64,000 bases of DNA from Planctomycetota bacterium. Lineage in GTDB: Bacteria > Planctomycetota > UBA1135 > UBA2386. Positions 1-8,550 of this stretch are shown here, in pieces. The position numbers were made by a program, and so were the translations under genes. The stretch covers positions 6,816,001-6,880,000 of the forward strand of contig OZ245006.1 in assembly GCA_965223545.1 (NCBI GenBank), read 5' to 3'. A model generated the notes under the pieces. That model searched no databases. It saw only the letters and a program-made list of their open reading frames with translations, and was not told the DNA's origin. Every line of letters begins with the position of its first letter. The stretch's first letter is position 1.

Positions 1-82
1 GGGCGGGATTCGAACCCGCGGTACGGAAAAACCGCACGCCACCTTAGCAAGGTGGTGCATTCGGCCACTCTGCCACCTCTCC
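1..82 (-). tRNA. tRNA-Ser(GCT), 3' end cut off by the window edge
   Basis: Reverse complement GGAGAGGTGGCAGAGTGGCCGAATGCA-CCACC-TTGCTAA-GGTGG-long variable arm-GCGGGTTCGAATCCCGC: D arm, GCT anticodon, long variable arm and T arm are present. Confidence 0.95.
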
Positions 83-186
83 GGAGGCATGGCGGGCAAG
101 CGTCGAGCCTGGTCGAGCCCGAGTCAAGCCACTTCTTCGCCTGGCTGCTGTCAGAAACCGCGCGGTGCGCGGTCCAATGGTGCGGC

Positions 187-762
187 ATGACCTCGCTCGT
201 CGCCGTGCTCCACCACGCCCCGCGCCGCGGCCGCCGTTCGCCCACGGCGGCCGCGGTCGACGAGCACGTCTTGCTGCGCCAGCAAGACCGCCTGCGCCGC
301 TTGGTGCAGCGGCTGCTGGCGTGGTCTGGCGAGGCCGGTGAGATCGAGGACGTCGTGCAGGAGACGCTGTTGCGGGCGTGGACACACCGGCGCCGTTTTC
401 GCGGCGACTGCGCGCTCGAGACCTGGCTGTCGCGCATCGCGCTCAACGCGGCGCGCAGTCACGTGCGCCGCCGCCGGCGGTGGGCGCGGCGCGCGCGTCC
501 ACTCGACGGGGAGATCGAGGATGGTAGTGGCGGCGGCGCTGGCGATGGCCGCCCCGCCGAGGCGCACGCCGCCGTGCACCGCGGTCTCGCGGCTCTGTCG
601 CACCGCGATCGCGAGGTGCTCGTGCTGCGCTATCTCGAACGCCGGCCGATCGTCGACATCGCCGGCTTGCTCGGCGTCGGCCGCGCCGCGGTCGACGCGC
701 GGCTCAGCCGCGCGCGCGCTCGACTGCGCGAGGTGTTGCAGGGAGGTGTCGGTGGGGACTGA
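187..762 (+). CDS. ECF (sigma-70 family) RNA polymerase sigma factor
   Basis: EDVVQETLLRAW, TWLSRIALN (region 2) and LSHRDREVLVLRY...RLSRARARL (region 4). ATG 187 avoids overlap with the tRNA. Confidence 0.9.
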   Translation: MTSLVAVLHHAPRRGRRSPTAAAVDEHVLLRQQDRLRRLVQRLLAWSGEAGEIEDVVQETLLRAWTHRRRFRGDCALETWLSRIALNAARSHVRRRRRWARRARPLDGEIEDGSGGGAGDGRPAEAHAAVHRGLAALSHRDREVLVLRYLERRPIVDIAGLLGVGRAAVDARLSRARARLREVLQGGVGGD

Positions 763-1279
763 AGAACGCCTGGCGCAGCTGCTGCGCGATGCAGACGCCG
801 CGGTCCCACCGGCCGCCGCGCCGCCGATCACCGCCGCCACCCTGCGGGCGCGCGCCCGGCAGCGGCAGCGCCGTCGCGCTGCGGTGGCGGGGCTGTTGCT
901 GCTCGGGGCGCTCGCCTTGGTGCCCGCGTGGCCGGCCTCGTCGCCGCAGTCGCCCAGCGCAGCACCGACAGTGGAAGGCGCGCTCGCCGAGGTGCGGGCG
1001 GCGAGCGTGGGGCTGGCGCGCGGCACGGCGCTGGCGGTCGACGCCGCCGCGGCGGCCGCCGCCCGCGCCGTCGAGCGCGCCGCCGCTGCCGCGCTGTGGA
1101 GCGCCGAAGTGCTGGGGGCGACTGCGGCCAGTCCCGACGCCGCGTTGCTCGGCGTGGTGCAGCACCTGCCCGCGACCGACGCCGCGGAGCGCGCCCGTGC
1201 GCTGCTGGCCGGCCGCGACGCTCAGGCAGAGGGGCCGACGACCGAATCCCGACCGAAGCGAAGAGAGGATCGACGATGA
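752..1279 (+). CDS. Putative anti-sigma factor (single TM helix)
   Basis: GTG start overlaps the sigma gene end; RRRAAVAGLLLLGALALV is a TM segment; position directly after an ECF gene. Confidence 0.6.
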   Translation: MGTEERLAQLLRDADAAVPPAAAPPITAATLRARARQRQRRRAAVAGLLLLGALALVPAWPASSPQSPSAAPTVEGALAEVRAASVGLARGTALAVDAAAAAAARAVERAAAAALWSAEVLGATAASPDAALLGVVQHLPATDAAERARALLAGRDAQAEGPTTESRPKRREDRR

Positions 1280-2391
1280 CGATGACCGAGCGTTGTGTTT
1301 TCGCGCCCGCGCGCGCGGCCTGGCTATTGGTGGGGCTCGCGGGAGTGTCTGGACTGGCGACGGCGCAGGAGACGCGGCGCTGCGCCGTCGGCATCACGGT
1401 GCACCACGACCCGACCGCCTTCCGCCTCACCGAGAGGTTGTTGACCGCGCTCGTCGGGCCGTCGGCCCGCGCGGCGCTGCTGCGCCAGGTCTACGGCGAA
1501 GGCAGCGACTTGCCGGCTTCGGCGGTGACGGCGTGGGTCGAGGACGGCACCCCGACGCAGGCCGGGATCATTGAGCAGCCGCCAGGCACCTTCGTCGGCG
1601 AGCTCCGCGTCGAGCTCGGGGCGGAGGTGCCGGTGGGGCGCGACGAGGTCTTCATCGACGGCTTGGCGGCGGTGTTGGAGACCGGCATCGTCGAGCGAAT
1701 CGCCATCGGGCCGCGACAGCTCGCCGACGAGGCGCGGGCGCGGTTGGTGGAGCGTCGGCACGAGCTGCTCGAGCATGCGGAGCAGTGGCGCACACAGCTC
1801 GCCTCGCCCGAGGAGCAAGCGCAACGACCGTTGGTCGCCTGCGAGCAGCAGGCCGAGAGCTTGCGGGAGCAGCTCCTGCAGGCCAGCCTGGAGCAGCGCA
1901 CCGCGCTGGCGTCGATCGTCGCGCTACAGCGCGAGATCGCGGAGATGTCGGCGCGGCTCGACGAACAGTTCGCGCAACGCGAGGTCATGGCGGTGGCGTG
2001 TGCCCGCGCCGAGAATCGGCTGGCGGAGGCGGCGGGCCAGGAGCAGGTCGACGAGATGCAGCGCGCCCTGGGCGATGCCCGCGCCCAAGAGAGCCGCGTC
2101 GCCAACGAGATCAGCCGCGTCACCCAGACGCTCGAGGCGCTGAGCAGCGAGATCTCTCGCCTCTCGGTGCAGCGCGTCCTGGGGGCCGAGCGCGGCGCCG
2201 CGCTGGCCGACCGACTGAGCGACGCCGAGGCGGCCTCCCGCGCGGCCCGGCGCCGGCAGAGCGAGCGCGAGGCGGGAGAGCAGGAGCTCGCCCGCCTCGC
2301 CGCGCAGCTTTCGGCGGTGTCCGAGCAGATGGCGACTCTCGACGCGCGGATCGCGGCGCTGTCGGCCGCGCGCGTGGTGGTTTGGCGGTAG
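1276..2391 (+). CDS. Secreted or periplasmic long coiled-coil protein
   Basis: ATGA overlap with the upstream gene; signal peptide ending ATAQ; A/E/L/R-rich heptad C-terminal half. Confidence 0.7.
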   Translation: MTMTERCVFAPARAAWLLVGLAGVSGLATAQETRRCAVGITVHHDPTAFRLTERLLTALVGPSARAALLRQVYGEGSDLPASAVTAWVEDGTPTQAGIIEQPPGTFVGELRVELGAEVPVGRDEVFIDGLAAVLETGIVERIAIGPRQLADEARARLVERRHELLEHAEQWRTQLASPEEQAQRPLVACEQQAESLREQLLQASLEQRTALASIVALQREIAEMSARLDEQFAQREVMAVACARAENRLAEAAGQEQVDEMQRALGDARAQESRVANEISRVTQTLEALSSEISRLSVQRVLGAERGAALADRLSDAEAASRAARRRQSEREAGEQELARLAAQLSAVSEQMATLDARIAALSAARVVVWR

Positions 2392-2431
2392 CGACGGGCC
2401 TCCGCGGTTTGAGGCTTCAAGGGCCCGGGTC

Positions 2432-2463
2432 TTGACAGCCGAACTGTAAGTGGATACTTACAG
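2432..2463 (+). promoter_or_regulatory. TTGACA -35 box followed by palindromic operator CTGTAAGT-GGAT-ACTTACAG (probable TetR site)
   Basis: TTGACA at 2432-2437; perfect 8-bp inverted repeat at 2444-2463 upstream of the operon containing the TetR gene. Confidence 0.65.
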
Positions 2464-2489
2464 ATTCGAATCCAACCGCGGAGAACGAC

Positions 2490-3053
2490 ATGAACAAGCT
2501 GTTTGCAAGTTGTGGGGTCCTGTTGGCCGGGTGTTTGCTCTCCCAGCCGGAGTCGACGGGCGGTGCGGCGGCGCCCACGGCCTCCGGTGCGGTCGAGCCG
2601 ATGGTGCTCGGCACGTTCGACTCGCGCGCGGTGCTCACCGCGCACGTGCGTTCCAAGGCCTTCTCGGACTACCTCGCCGCTCAGCGGGCCGACATCGACA
2701 AGGCCACGGCGCGGGCGCGGGATGCCGGCGACCAGGCGTTGGTCGCGGCGCTCGACGAGCTCGGACCGGCGATGCAGCGGCGCATCCACGAGCAGGGCTT
2801 CGGCACGGCGCCGATCGACGACCTGTTGGCGACGTTGAAAGAGCGCTTGCCGGTGCTGGCGAAGCAGGCCGGCGTCGATGCGATCGTGTGCAAGTGGGAT
2901 CTCGTCTACACCGCCGATCCCGCGCGCTGCGTCGACGTCACCGAGCTGCTGGTCGAGGAGTTCGCGCCGGACGAGGCGACGTGGAAGGCGGTGCGCAGCC
3001 TGATGGCCAGTGAGCCGGTCTCCGCGGAGCAGCTGCGCGCGCACCGCCACTGA
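2490..3053 (+). CDS. Exported OmpH/Skp-like helical protein
   Basis: GGAGA RBS, signal peptide, VLGTFDSRAV beta strand, helical hairpin, AKQAGVDAIV and VDVTELLV motifs resembling Skp. Confidence 0.6.
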   Translation: MNKLFASCGVLLAGCLLSQPESTGGAAAPTASGAVEPMVLGTFDSRAVLTAHVRSKAFSDYLAAQRADIDKATARARDAGDQALVAALDELGPAMQRRIHEQGFGTAPIDDLLATLKERLPVLAKQAGVDAIVCKWDLVYTADPARCVDVTELLVEEFAPDEATWKAVRSLMASEPVSAEQLRAHRH

Positions 3054-3076
3054 CGCGCGGCGGTAGGATCGGCGTC

Positions 3077-3661
3077 ATGCCACCGGCCTCCCGTCTCGCC
3101 GAGCAGCGCGCCGCGCTGCTGCCGATCCTCGCCCAGGCCTTCGGCGAGCTCGGTTATCGGCGCACGACCACCGCCGAGCTCGGCCGTCGTTGTGGAGTGC
3201 GCGAGAACATCCTCTACCGGCACTGGCCCGACAAGGTGTCGATGTTCGTTGCCGCGCTCGAGTACGTGCACGACCTGGCGCTCGAAACCTGGACGGCGGT
3301 GCTCGATGGCGCGCCGGAGGAAGGCGGTGGAGCCCATCGGTTGCTCGAGTACGAAGCGCGGCATCTGGGCGAGTTCCGCAACTACCGGATCATCTTCAGC
3401 GCGCTCGGCGACCTCGACCAGCCGGAGATCCGGCGCGCGCTGCGCCGGATGTACCGCAGCTTCCACCGCGTCATTCGCGGCGCGATCGATGCCGCGCGGC
3501 CCCGCGATACCGCCCCGCCCGCCGACCAAGCCGCGTGGGCGGTGTTGGGGCTGGGCACCATGGCGACCATTCTGGCTGAGCTCGGTGAGGTCGGTGCCCG
3601 CCGGCGCGCGGCGTTGATCAACGGAGTCGGTCGACTCTTGATCGACGGCAGCGGCCGCTGA
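3077..3661 (+). CDS. TetR/AcrR family transcriptional regulator
   Basis: FGELGYRRTTTAELGRRCGVRENILYRHWPDK is a TetR HTH. Confidence 0.9.
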   Translation: MPPASRLAEQRAALLPILAQAFGELGYRRTTTAELGRRCGVRENILYRHWPDKVSMFVAALEYVHDLALETWTAVLDGAPEEGGGAHRLLEYEARHLGEFRNYRIIFSALGDLDQPEIRRALRRMYRSFHRVIRGAIDAARPRDTAPPADQAAWAVLGLGTMATILAELGEVGARRRAALINGVGRLLIDGSGR

Positions 3662-3676
3662 CCGTCGCCGCGCGGC

Positions 3677-4714
3677 CTATTTCGGCAGGCGCTCGAGTCG
3701 CTGGATCGCGATCTTGCCGGGCTCTTCGTACTTGGCCTTCTCGATGGTGTCGTCGTAGAGCTGGCGGGCGCGGCGCAGGTGGCTGGCCTGAGTGCGGCCC
3801 TTCATCTCGCGCTCGATGGCGTCCTCGAGCTTCGACCAGGCGCGCTTGTGCTCTTTGACGCGGTCGTCCCTCTGCAGCTTCTTGCGCTCCTTCTTGGCCC
3901 ATTCGGCGAGCGCGAGACCGTCGAACTCGAACTCCATGCACAACAGGCGTCCGTAGGCGATGTCGGCGTAGAGGCCGTTCTTCTCGCGGGCGTACTCGAG
4001 CTCGGTGCGCTTGTGCTCGGCGAGCTTTTCGACGTGCGCGATCAGCTTGGCGGCGTCGGCGGCGATCGCGGGATCCTCGGACTCGGTGAGTGCTTGTGCG
4101 GCAGCGTGCGCGGCGCCGTACGCGCCCCACTCAAAGGCGTCGACGGCGGCCTTCAGCCCGTCGTGCAGCTGGGGGAGCGCCGAGTCGAAGACGTCTTCGA
4201 GCAGCGTTTCCAGCGCGGCCTCGGACGGGATGTCGTGGCCGACGATCTCGCCGCGGGCGTTGATCAGGTAGAAGCGAGGGAAGCTGATCGCGCCGAAGGT
4301 GGAGAAGCGCCGTCGGGTTTCGTCCTCGGGATCCCAGCCGATGTAGTACGTCGGCTTGTGCTGCTCCATCATCTTGCGCAGCGTTGAGCCGCGGTTTTCG
4401 CTGATCGCGACGACGCGAAACCCCCGATCCTTGAACTTGTCGTGGAGCCTGGAGAGCGGCACGACCTTCGCCATGCAGGGCGCCGAGCTGCACAGGAAGA
4501 ACTCGAGCAGCCAGACTTTCCCTTTCAAGCTGGCCGCCGACAGCGGCTCGCTGTGCTCGGAGCCCGCGTCGTACCATGTGCGCGCGGAGATCTCGGGAAC
4601 GGGCTCGCCCATCATGTCGAGCCACCCCGATTGTGCGGGAGGGGTGACGCCGAGCGCCAACCCTGCGGCGAGGGCGATCGCGGGACTGCGGCTTGAGCGT
4701 GTGTGGGCTGCCAT
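3677..4714 (-). CDS. Exported TlpA/redoxin-like thioredoxin-fold protein with helical C-terminus
   Basis: Signal peptide, GEPVPEI, LKGKVWLLEFFLCSSAPC, FRVVAIS, FPRFYLINARGEI. Confidence 0.8.
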   Translation of the reverse strand: MAAHTRSSRSPAIALAAGLALGVTPPAQSGWLDMMGEPVPEISARTWYDAGSEHSEPLSAASLKGKVWLLEFFLCSSAPCMAKVVPLSRLHDKFKDRGFRVVAISENRGSTLRKMMEQHKPTYYIGWDPEDETRRRFSTFGAISFPRFYLINARGEIVGHDIPSEAALETLLEDVFDSALPQLHDGLKAAVDAFEWGAYGAAHAAAQALTESEDPAIAADAAKLIAHVEKLAEHKRTELEYAREKNGLYADIAYGRLLCMEFEFDGLALAEWAKKERKKLQRDDRVKEHKRAWSKLEDAIEREMKGRTQASHLRRARQLYDDTIEKAKYEEPGKIAIQRLERLPK

Positions 4715-4791
4715 GGTTGCCGATTCTACCTCCGTGGAGTTCCGGGGAGAGGGTTCTTCGCCCGTCCCCTACGCAGGTTGGGTCGGTTTGT

Positions 4792-5841
4792 TCATTCGCG
4801 CCACTGCAGACTGGCGACGATTCCGCGGTGATCGGACCGGGTTTCTTGTCCCAGCGCGAACGCGGTCGTGACCAGCGCTGGCGAGTGGAGCACGTGGTCG
4901 ACGGCGATGCGCAGTAGCTGCGGCACGCCCCGGTCCATCGGCCACGTGCCCGGCGCGCGCCCCCCGGCGGCGGCCGCGCTCGACACCAGGCCACGGTCGT
5001 GCAGCCGAGCGAGGAACGCGCTCCGCGGCGGGGCGTTGAAGTCGCCGGCGACGACGACCGGCAGGGGGTCGCGGTCGATCCACGCAAGCAGCGCGCGGCG
5101 GTCGCGGTGGGCGAGCCGGTAGAGGGCGAGCGGGTGCGGCCGGCGCGGGTGGATGCCGTAGACCGCGAGCACGCGCCCGCGCCACCGCAGCGGCACGCGC
5201 AGCTGCTGGAAGGCGCCGAGCGTCTCGATCTGCGCCGCGCCCGCAGCCGGGTGGCGCGACCAGATCGCCATCGCCAAGCCCTCGATTGGCGCGCCGTTGC
5301 GTGGTGTCGCCGCCGCGAGGAAGCGGTGGGGGTAGTCGGCGGGGAACCAGTCGGCCAGGATCGCGGTCCAGGCCGTGCCGCACTCGGGCAGCACCAGCAC
5401 GTCGGCGTTCAGCTGTTGGAGCGCGGTGCGCAGTGAGGGGTCGCCGAGCTGGTCGGCGTTGGGGTTGACGGTGGCCAGTCGCAGGGGTGGCGGGCTGGCG
5501 GTGTCCGCTGCGCCGGGATTGTCGGCGGTTGCCGTCGGCCCGAACTCGACCGCGGCGATGCCGGCTCCACACCCCAGCAGCAGCAAGCCAGCGGGCCGGT
5601 GCAGCAGAAGTAGGGGCACGCCGGCCGCCAGGGCGAGCAGGCCGATCGGCAGCCAGAGCGCCGCCGCCGCCTCGGCGGCGTAGCCGGCCCAGCCGTCCCA
5701 GCCGGGCGCGTCGCCGCCGAGCCACGGGGCGACGCCGCCGAGAAGGGCGGCCGCCGCGATCGGCGCGGTCGCCACCCAAGCCGCCGCGCGGACGGCGCGG
5801 CGCCGGGTCGGCGCGGTCGATTGGGCTACGGCCCCGGTCAT
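4792..5841 (-). CDS. Endonuclease/exonuclease/phosphatase (EEP, YafD-like) membrane protein
   Basis: N-terminal TM helices, LRLATVN, VVVAGDFNA, VDHVL and SDH motifs. Confidence 0.9.
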   Translation of the reverse strand: MTGAVAQSTAPTRRRAVRAAAWVATAPIAAAALLGGVAPWLGGDAPGWDGWAGYAAEAAAALWLPIGLLALAAGVPLLLLHRPAGLLLLGCGAGIAAVEFGPTATADNPGAADTASPPPLRLATVNPNADQLGDPSLRTALQQLNADVLVLPECGTAWTAILADWFPADYPHRFLAAATPRNGAPIEGLAMAIWSRHPAAGAAQIETLGAFQQLRVPLRWRGRVLAVYGIHPRRPHPLALYRLAHRDRRALLAWIDRDPLPVVVAGDFNAPPRSAFLARLHDRGLVSSAAAAGGRAPGTWPMDRGVPQLLRIAVDHVLHSPALVTTAFALGQETRSDHRGIVASLQWRE

Positions 5842-5886
5842 CCGCCGGTGATTGTAGAATCGCTCAGCATCTCGAGGAGGACTCCC

Positions 5887-7026
5887 ATGCGCAGACCCAG
5901 TCTAGGTGCGTCGTCGATCGCGGCCCTCGCGGCCGCGTTGTTTCCCAGCGTGGCCCCCGCGAGCGTGCAAGGCGCGGTGCTCGTCGTCGACGCAGCGGGT
6001 GGTCCCGGCGTGCAGCACACCGCGATCCACACCGCGGTCGCCGCCGCAGCGCCGGGCGACACCGTGTTGGTGCGCGCGGGCAGCTACCCGGGGTTCGCGG
6101 TCGGCAAGCCGCTTTTGGTGATTGCCGATGCGGGCGCCGCCGTGCAGGTGTCGGGGGCGGTCTCGGTGGCCGGCACCGCGGTCGGTGAGACCGTCACGTT
6201 GCTCGGCCTGGAGTTCCGCGGCTATCCGGCGAGCCTGCAGATCACCGGCTGCCGCGGTCCGGTCTGGATCGAGGCGTGCCGCACGCGCATCGGCGGCGCC
6301 GGCTTCCACGCGCTGGAGATCAGCGACAGCGCGGCCGTGACCGTCGCGCGCAGTCGCCTCGAGGCGGCCGGCACGGGTGGCTACGGCGTCGGCGTGCTGC
6401 GCTCGAATGCCTACTTCGCGCAGACGAGTATTCGCGGCGGCGACGGCGCCTTCGAAGTCAGCGCTGGCTGCGGTTTGGTCGTCCAGGGAACGCCGCAAGT
6501 GGGTGGGTTCGCATTCCTCACCGATTGCTCGGTGTCGGGCGGCATGGATCTGTACGGCGGACTGACGATCGCCGTCGGTGGCTGGGGATACCACCACATC
6601 GAGCTGCTCGACTCCGCACTGCTCGGCCCGCGCTTCTCTTCGACACCCCCTGGCACGATCAACCAGCGCACCGGTGCGGGCCGCACCCTCGCCGCGTCGT
6701 CACCCGTGCGCGGTGGCAACATCCTCAACCTCGACTTCTTGGCGCAGCCCGGCGACGTGGTCGGTGTGCTGATCGCCGCCAGCCCGCTCTCGTCCGCTCC
6801 ACTGCTCGAGGCGTGGAACGGCGTGCTGTTGCTCGCGCCGCCGTGGTCGGCCTTCGCCGCCGGCGTCGTGCCCGTCAGTGGTCAACACCGCGTCCGGCTG
6901 CCGGTGCCGGCGTTGGCCGCGGGGCGCGACGTGGTGCAGCTTTACGTGCAGGGATTCGGGGTCGGGGGCTCGTCGGTTTGGATCGGGTCGGGCTCGGCGC
7001 TGGCGGTGTTGAACGCGCGGTTCTGA
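5887..7026 (+). CDS. Secreted beta-helix-like protein with shared C-terminal domain
   Basis: GAGGAG RBS; signal peptide; VLVVDAAGGPG...IHTAVAAAAPGDTVLVRAGSY is a pectin-lyase-like start. Confidence 0.8.
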   Translation: MRRPSLGASSIAALAAALFPSVAPASVQGAVLVVDAAGGPGVQHTAIHTAVAAAAPGDTVLVRAGSYPGFAVGKPLLVIADAGAAVQVSGAVSVAGTAVGETVTLLGLEFRGYPASLQITGCRGPVWIEACRTRIGGAGFHALEISDSAAVTVARSRLEAAGTGGYGVGVLRSNAYFAQTSIRGGDGAFEVSAGCGLVVQGTPQVGGFAFLTDCSVSGGMDLYGGLTIAVGGWGYHHIELLDSALLGPRFSSTPPGTINQRTGAGRTLAASSPVRGGNILNLDFLAQPGDVVGVLIAASPLSSAPLLEAWNGVLLLAPPWSAFAAGVVPVSGQHRVRLPVPALAAGRDVVQLYVQGFGVGGSSVWIGSGSALAVLNARF

Positions 7027-7046
7027 GGCTGGTCGAGCCAGCTGCC

Positions 7047-8129
7047 TCACCGATGCGTGAGGCGTACGATCGGCCCGCGGCCGACGAACACCCGACCGCT
7101 GGCCGGATAGGGCTGCCCGCTGGCGACGGGCAGCGAGCGCACCGTGCTGAGCGCGGCGGGCGGCATCGCCGTGCCGATCGTCAGCTCGAGGCCGTTGGTG
7201 GTGGTGATGCCGGCGGGGTTGCTGATCGGCGCGGATTCGAGATTGACGCCCTGCGCGAACACCGACATGCCCAAGGCGTTGGCCGACAGTGGCAGCGGGA
7301 TCCTGAGCAAGTGGCCGCTGTCCAGCTGGCTCCCCAGCGGGGTGCCGAACACGAACGGCACCACCAGCGTGGGGGCGGCGTAAAGCGTGCAACCCGTGGC
7401 GCCGATGTTCTGCAGCGATACCGAAGTCTGTGCCGCGCCGAACATCACTAAACCCGGAGTTCCGGGTTCGCCGAAGGTCGTGACGAACGCATCCGAACCC
7501 GGCAGTAGGAATCGCGCGGAGGCCGCGGCCGTCGTGTCGCTGCGCAGTGCCCCGACGCCGCACGGCGTGCCGAAGTTGCGCACCCGGCTGCCGGTGAACT
7601 CCTGCACCGCGTCGACCGACCAGAGGATCCGGCCGCCGGCCGCGACGGGCTCGCCCTCGATTTCGATGCACAGGTCGCCACCCAAGTACGGGTACGGCGC
7701 AATGAAGCGCAGCTCGACCGCGTTGGGCGCCGCCCAAACCGGTGGATTCTGTGCAGCGGTCGAGGCGGGCAGAGCGACCGTCCCGTTGAACACCGTCACC
7801 GGCGCCGGCCCGGAGTTGTCGGTAAACAACGACGACGGTGCCACCGGCGAGCGCTGTGCGGGCGACAAGCGCACCGTCAGCAGCGAACTCGACGCCGCGT
7901 AAGGCAACCCGAGGGCCGCGTCGCGCCGAAACCATAGGGCGTCGATCTGCTTGCCGATCAATCCGCCGAGCTCGCGGGCATGCAGCAGGATCTGTTGGCG
8001 AAAGCGATCCTCGAAGCCCGCGACGAAGCCGCGTGACCCGGCTTCTTGTTGGTCGTAGGCGCTGGGCACGACGACATCTTGCGCGGCGAGCCCGCTACAT
8101 GCGGCGAACAAGAAAACCAGTTTGCGCAT
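7047..8129 (-). CDS. Secreted protein, paralog of 22519-23631
   Basis: Signal peptide MRKLVFLFAACSGLAAQ; clear similarity to 22519-23631 (YDQQEAGS, FRQQ, GKQID.LW.RR, SNPAG.TTTNGL.L). Confidence 0.85.
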   Translation of the reverse strand: MRKLVFLFAACSGLAAQDVVVPSAYDQQEAGSRGFVAGFEDRFRQQILLHARELGGLIGKQIDALWFRRDAALGLPYAASSSLLTVRLSPAQRSPVAPSSLFTDNSGPAPVTVFNGTVALPASTAAQNPPVWAAPNAVELRFIAPYPYLGGDLCIEIEGEPVAAGGRILWSVDAVQEFTGSRVRNFGTPCGVGALRSDTTAAASARFLLPGSDAFVTTFGEPGTPGLVMFGAAQTSVSLQNIGATGCTLYAAPTLVVPFVFGTPLGSQLDSGHLLRIPLPLSANALGMSVFAQGVNLESAPISNPAGITTTNGLELTIGTAMPPAALSTVRSLPVASGQPYPASGRVFVGRGPIVRLTHR

Positions 8130-8130
8130 C

Positions 8131-8442
8131 TCAGACTCCCGTACTCACGACCTCGATGAACTCTTCAGAACCGCCGGGGATGACGCGGTCGGACAACACG
8201 ATCGTCGACGAGCCGACCGGTGCCTCGACCTCGCCGTTGCCGTCGCTGTCGAGCGTGACTTCCTCCCACGCTCCCCCGTCGACCGACGCGTACAGCGTGC
8301 CTTCACCCTGGTAGGTGACCGAAACCGTGCCGCCCTCGGTGACGGGATTGGGGGTGGCGGTGATTTCGGACGAACCGGGCGCTACCGAAACGAGCTGGAC
8401 CACTGCGATGGCACAGGCTGCTCGCCACGGCTCACACCACAT
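8131..8442 (-). CDS. Small acidic beta-sandwich-like protein, paralog of 23628-23900 (start uncertain, possibly GTG 8403)
   Basis: LYASVDGGAWEEVTL...IVLSDR matches LYYSVDGGPWQELPL...IVISDR; the stop is 1 nt from the next start. Confidence 0.75.
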   Translation of the reverse strand: MWCEPWRAACAIAVVQLVSVAPGSSEITATPNPVTEGGTVSVTYQGEGTLYASVDGGAWEEVTLDSDGNGEVEAPVGSSTIVLSDRVIPGGSEEFIEVVSTGV

Positions 8443-8550
8443 GCCTGATGCGGTTGCGCCGACGCGTCGGCGCGGCGGAATCTCTCTCCTCATTGGCGCG
8501 AGATTAGCCGCCGGTGCCCGTGAAGGCAAACGATCGCGGATCGGCGGCGC

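Noticed and set aside
52..186. N-terminal extension of the ECF sigma ORF
   Set aside because: It overlaps the tRNA-Ser gene; ATG 187 is more plausible.
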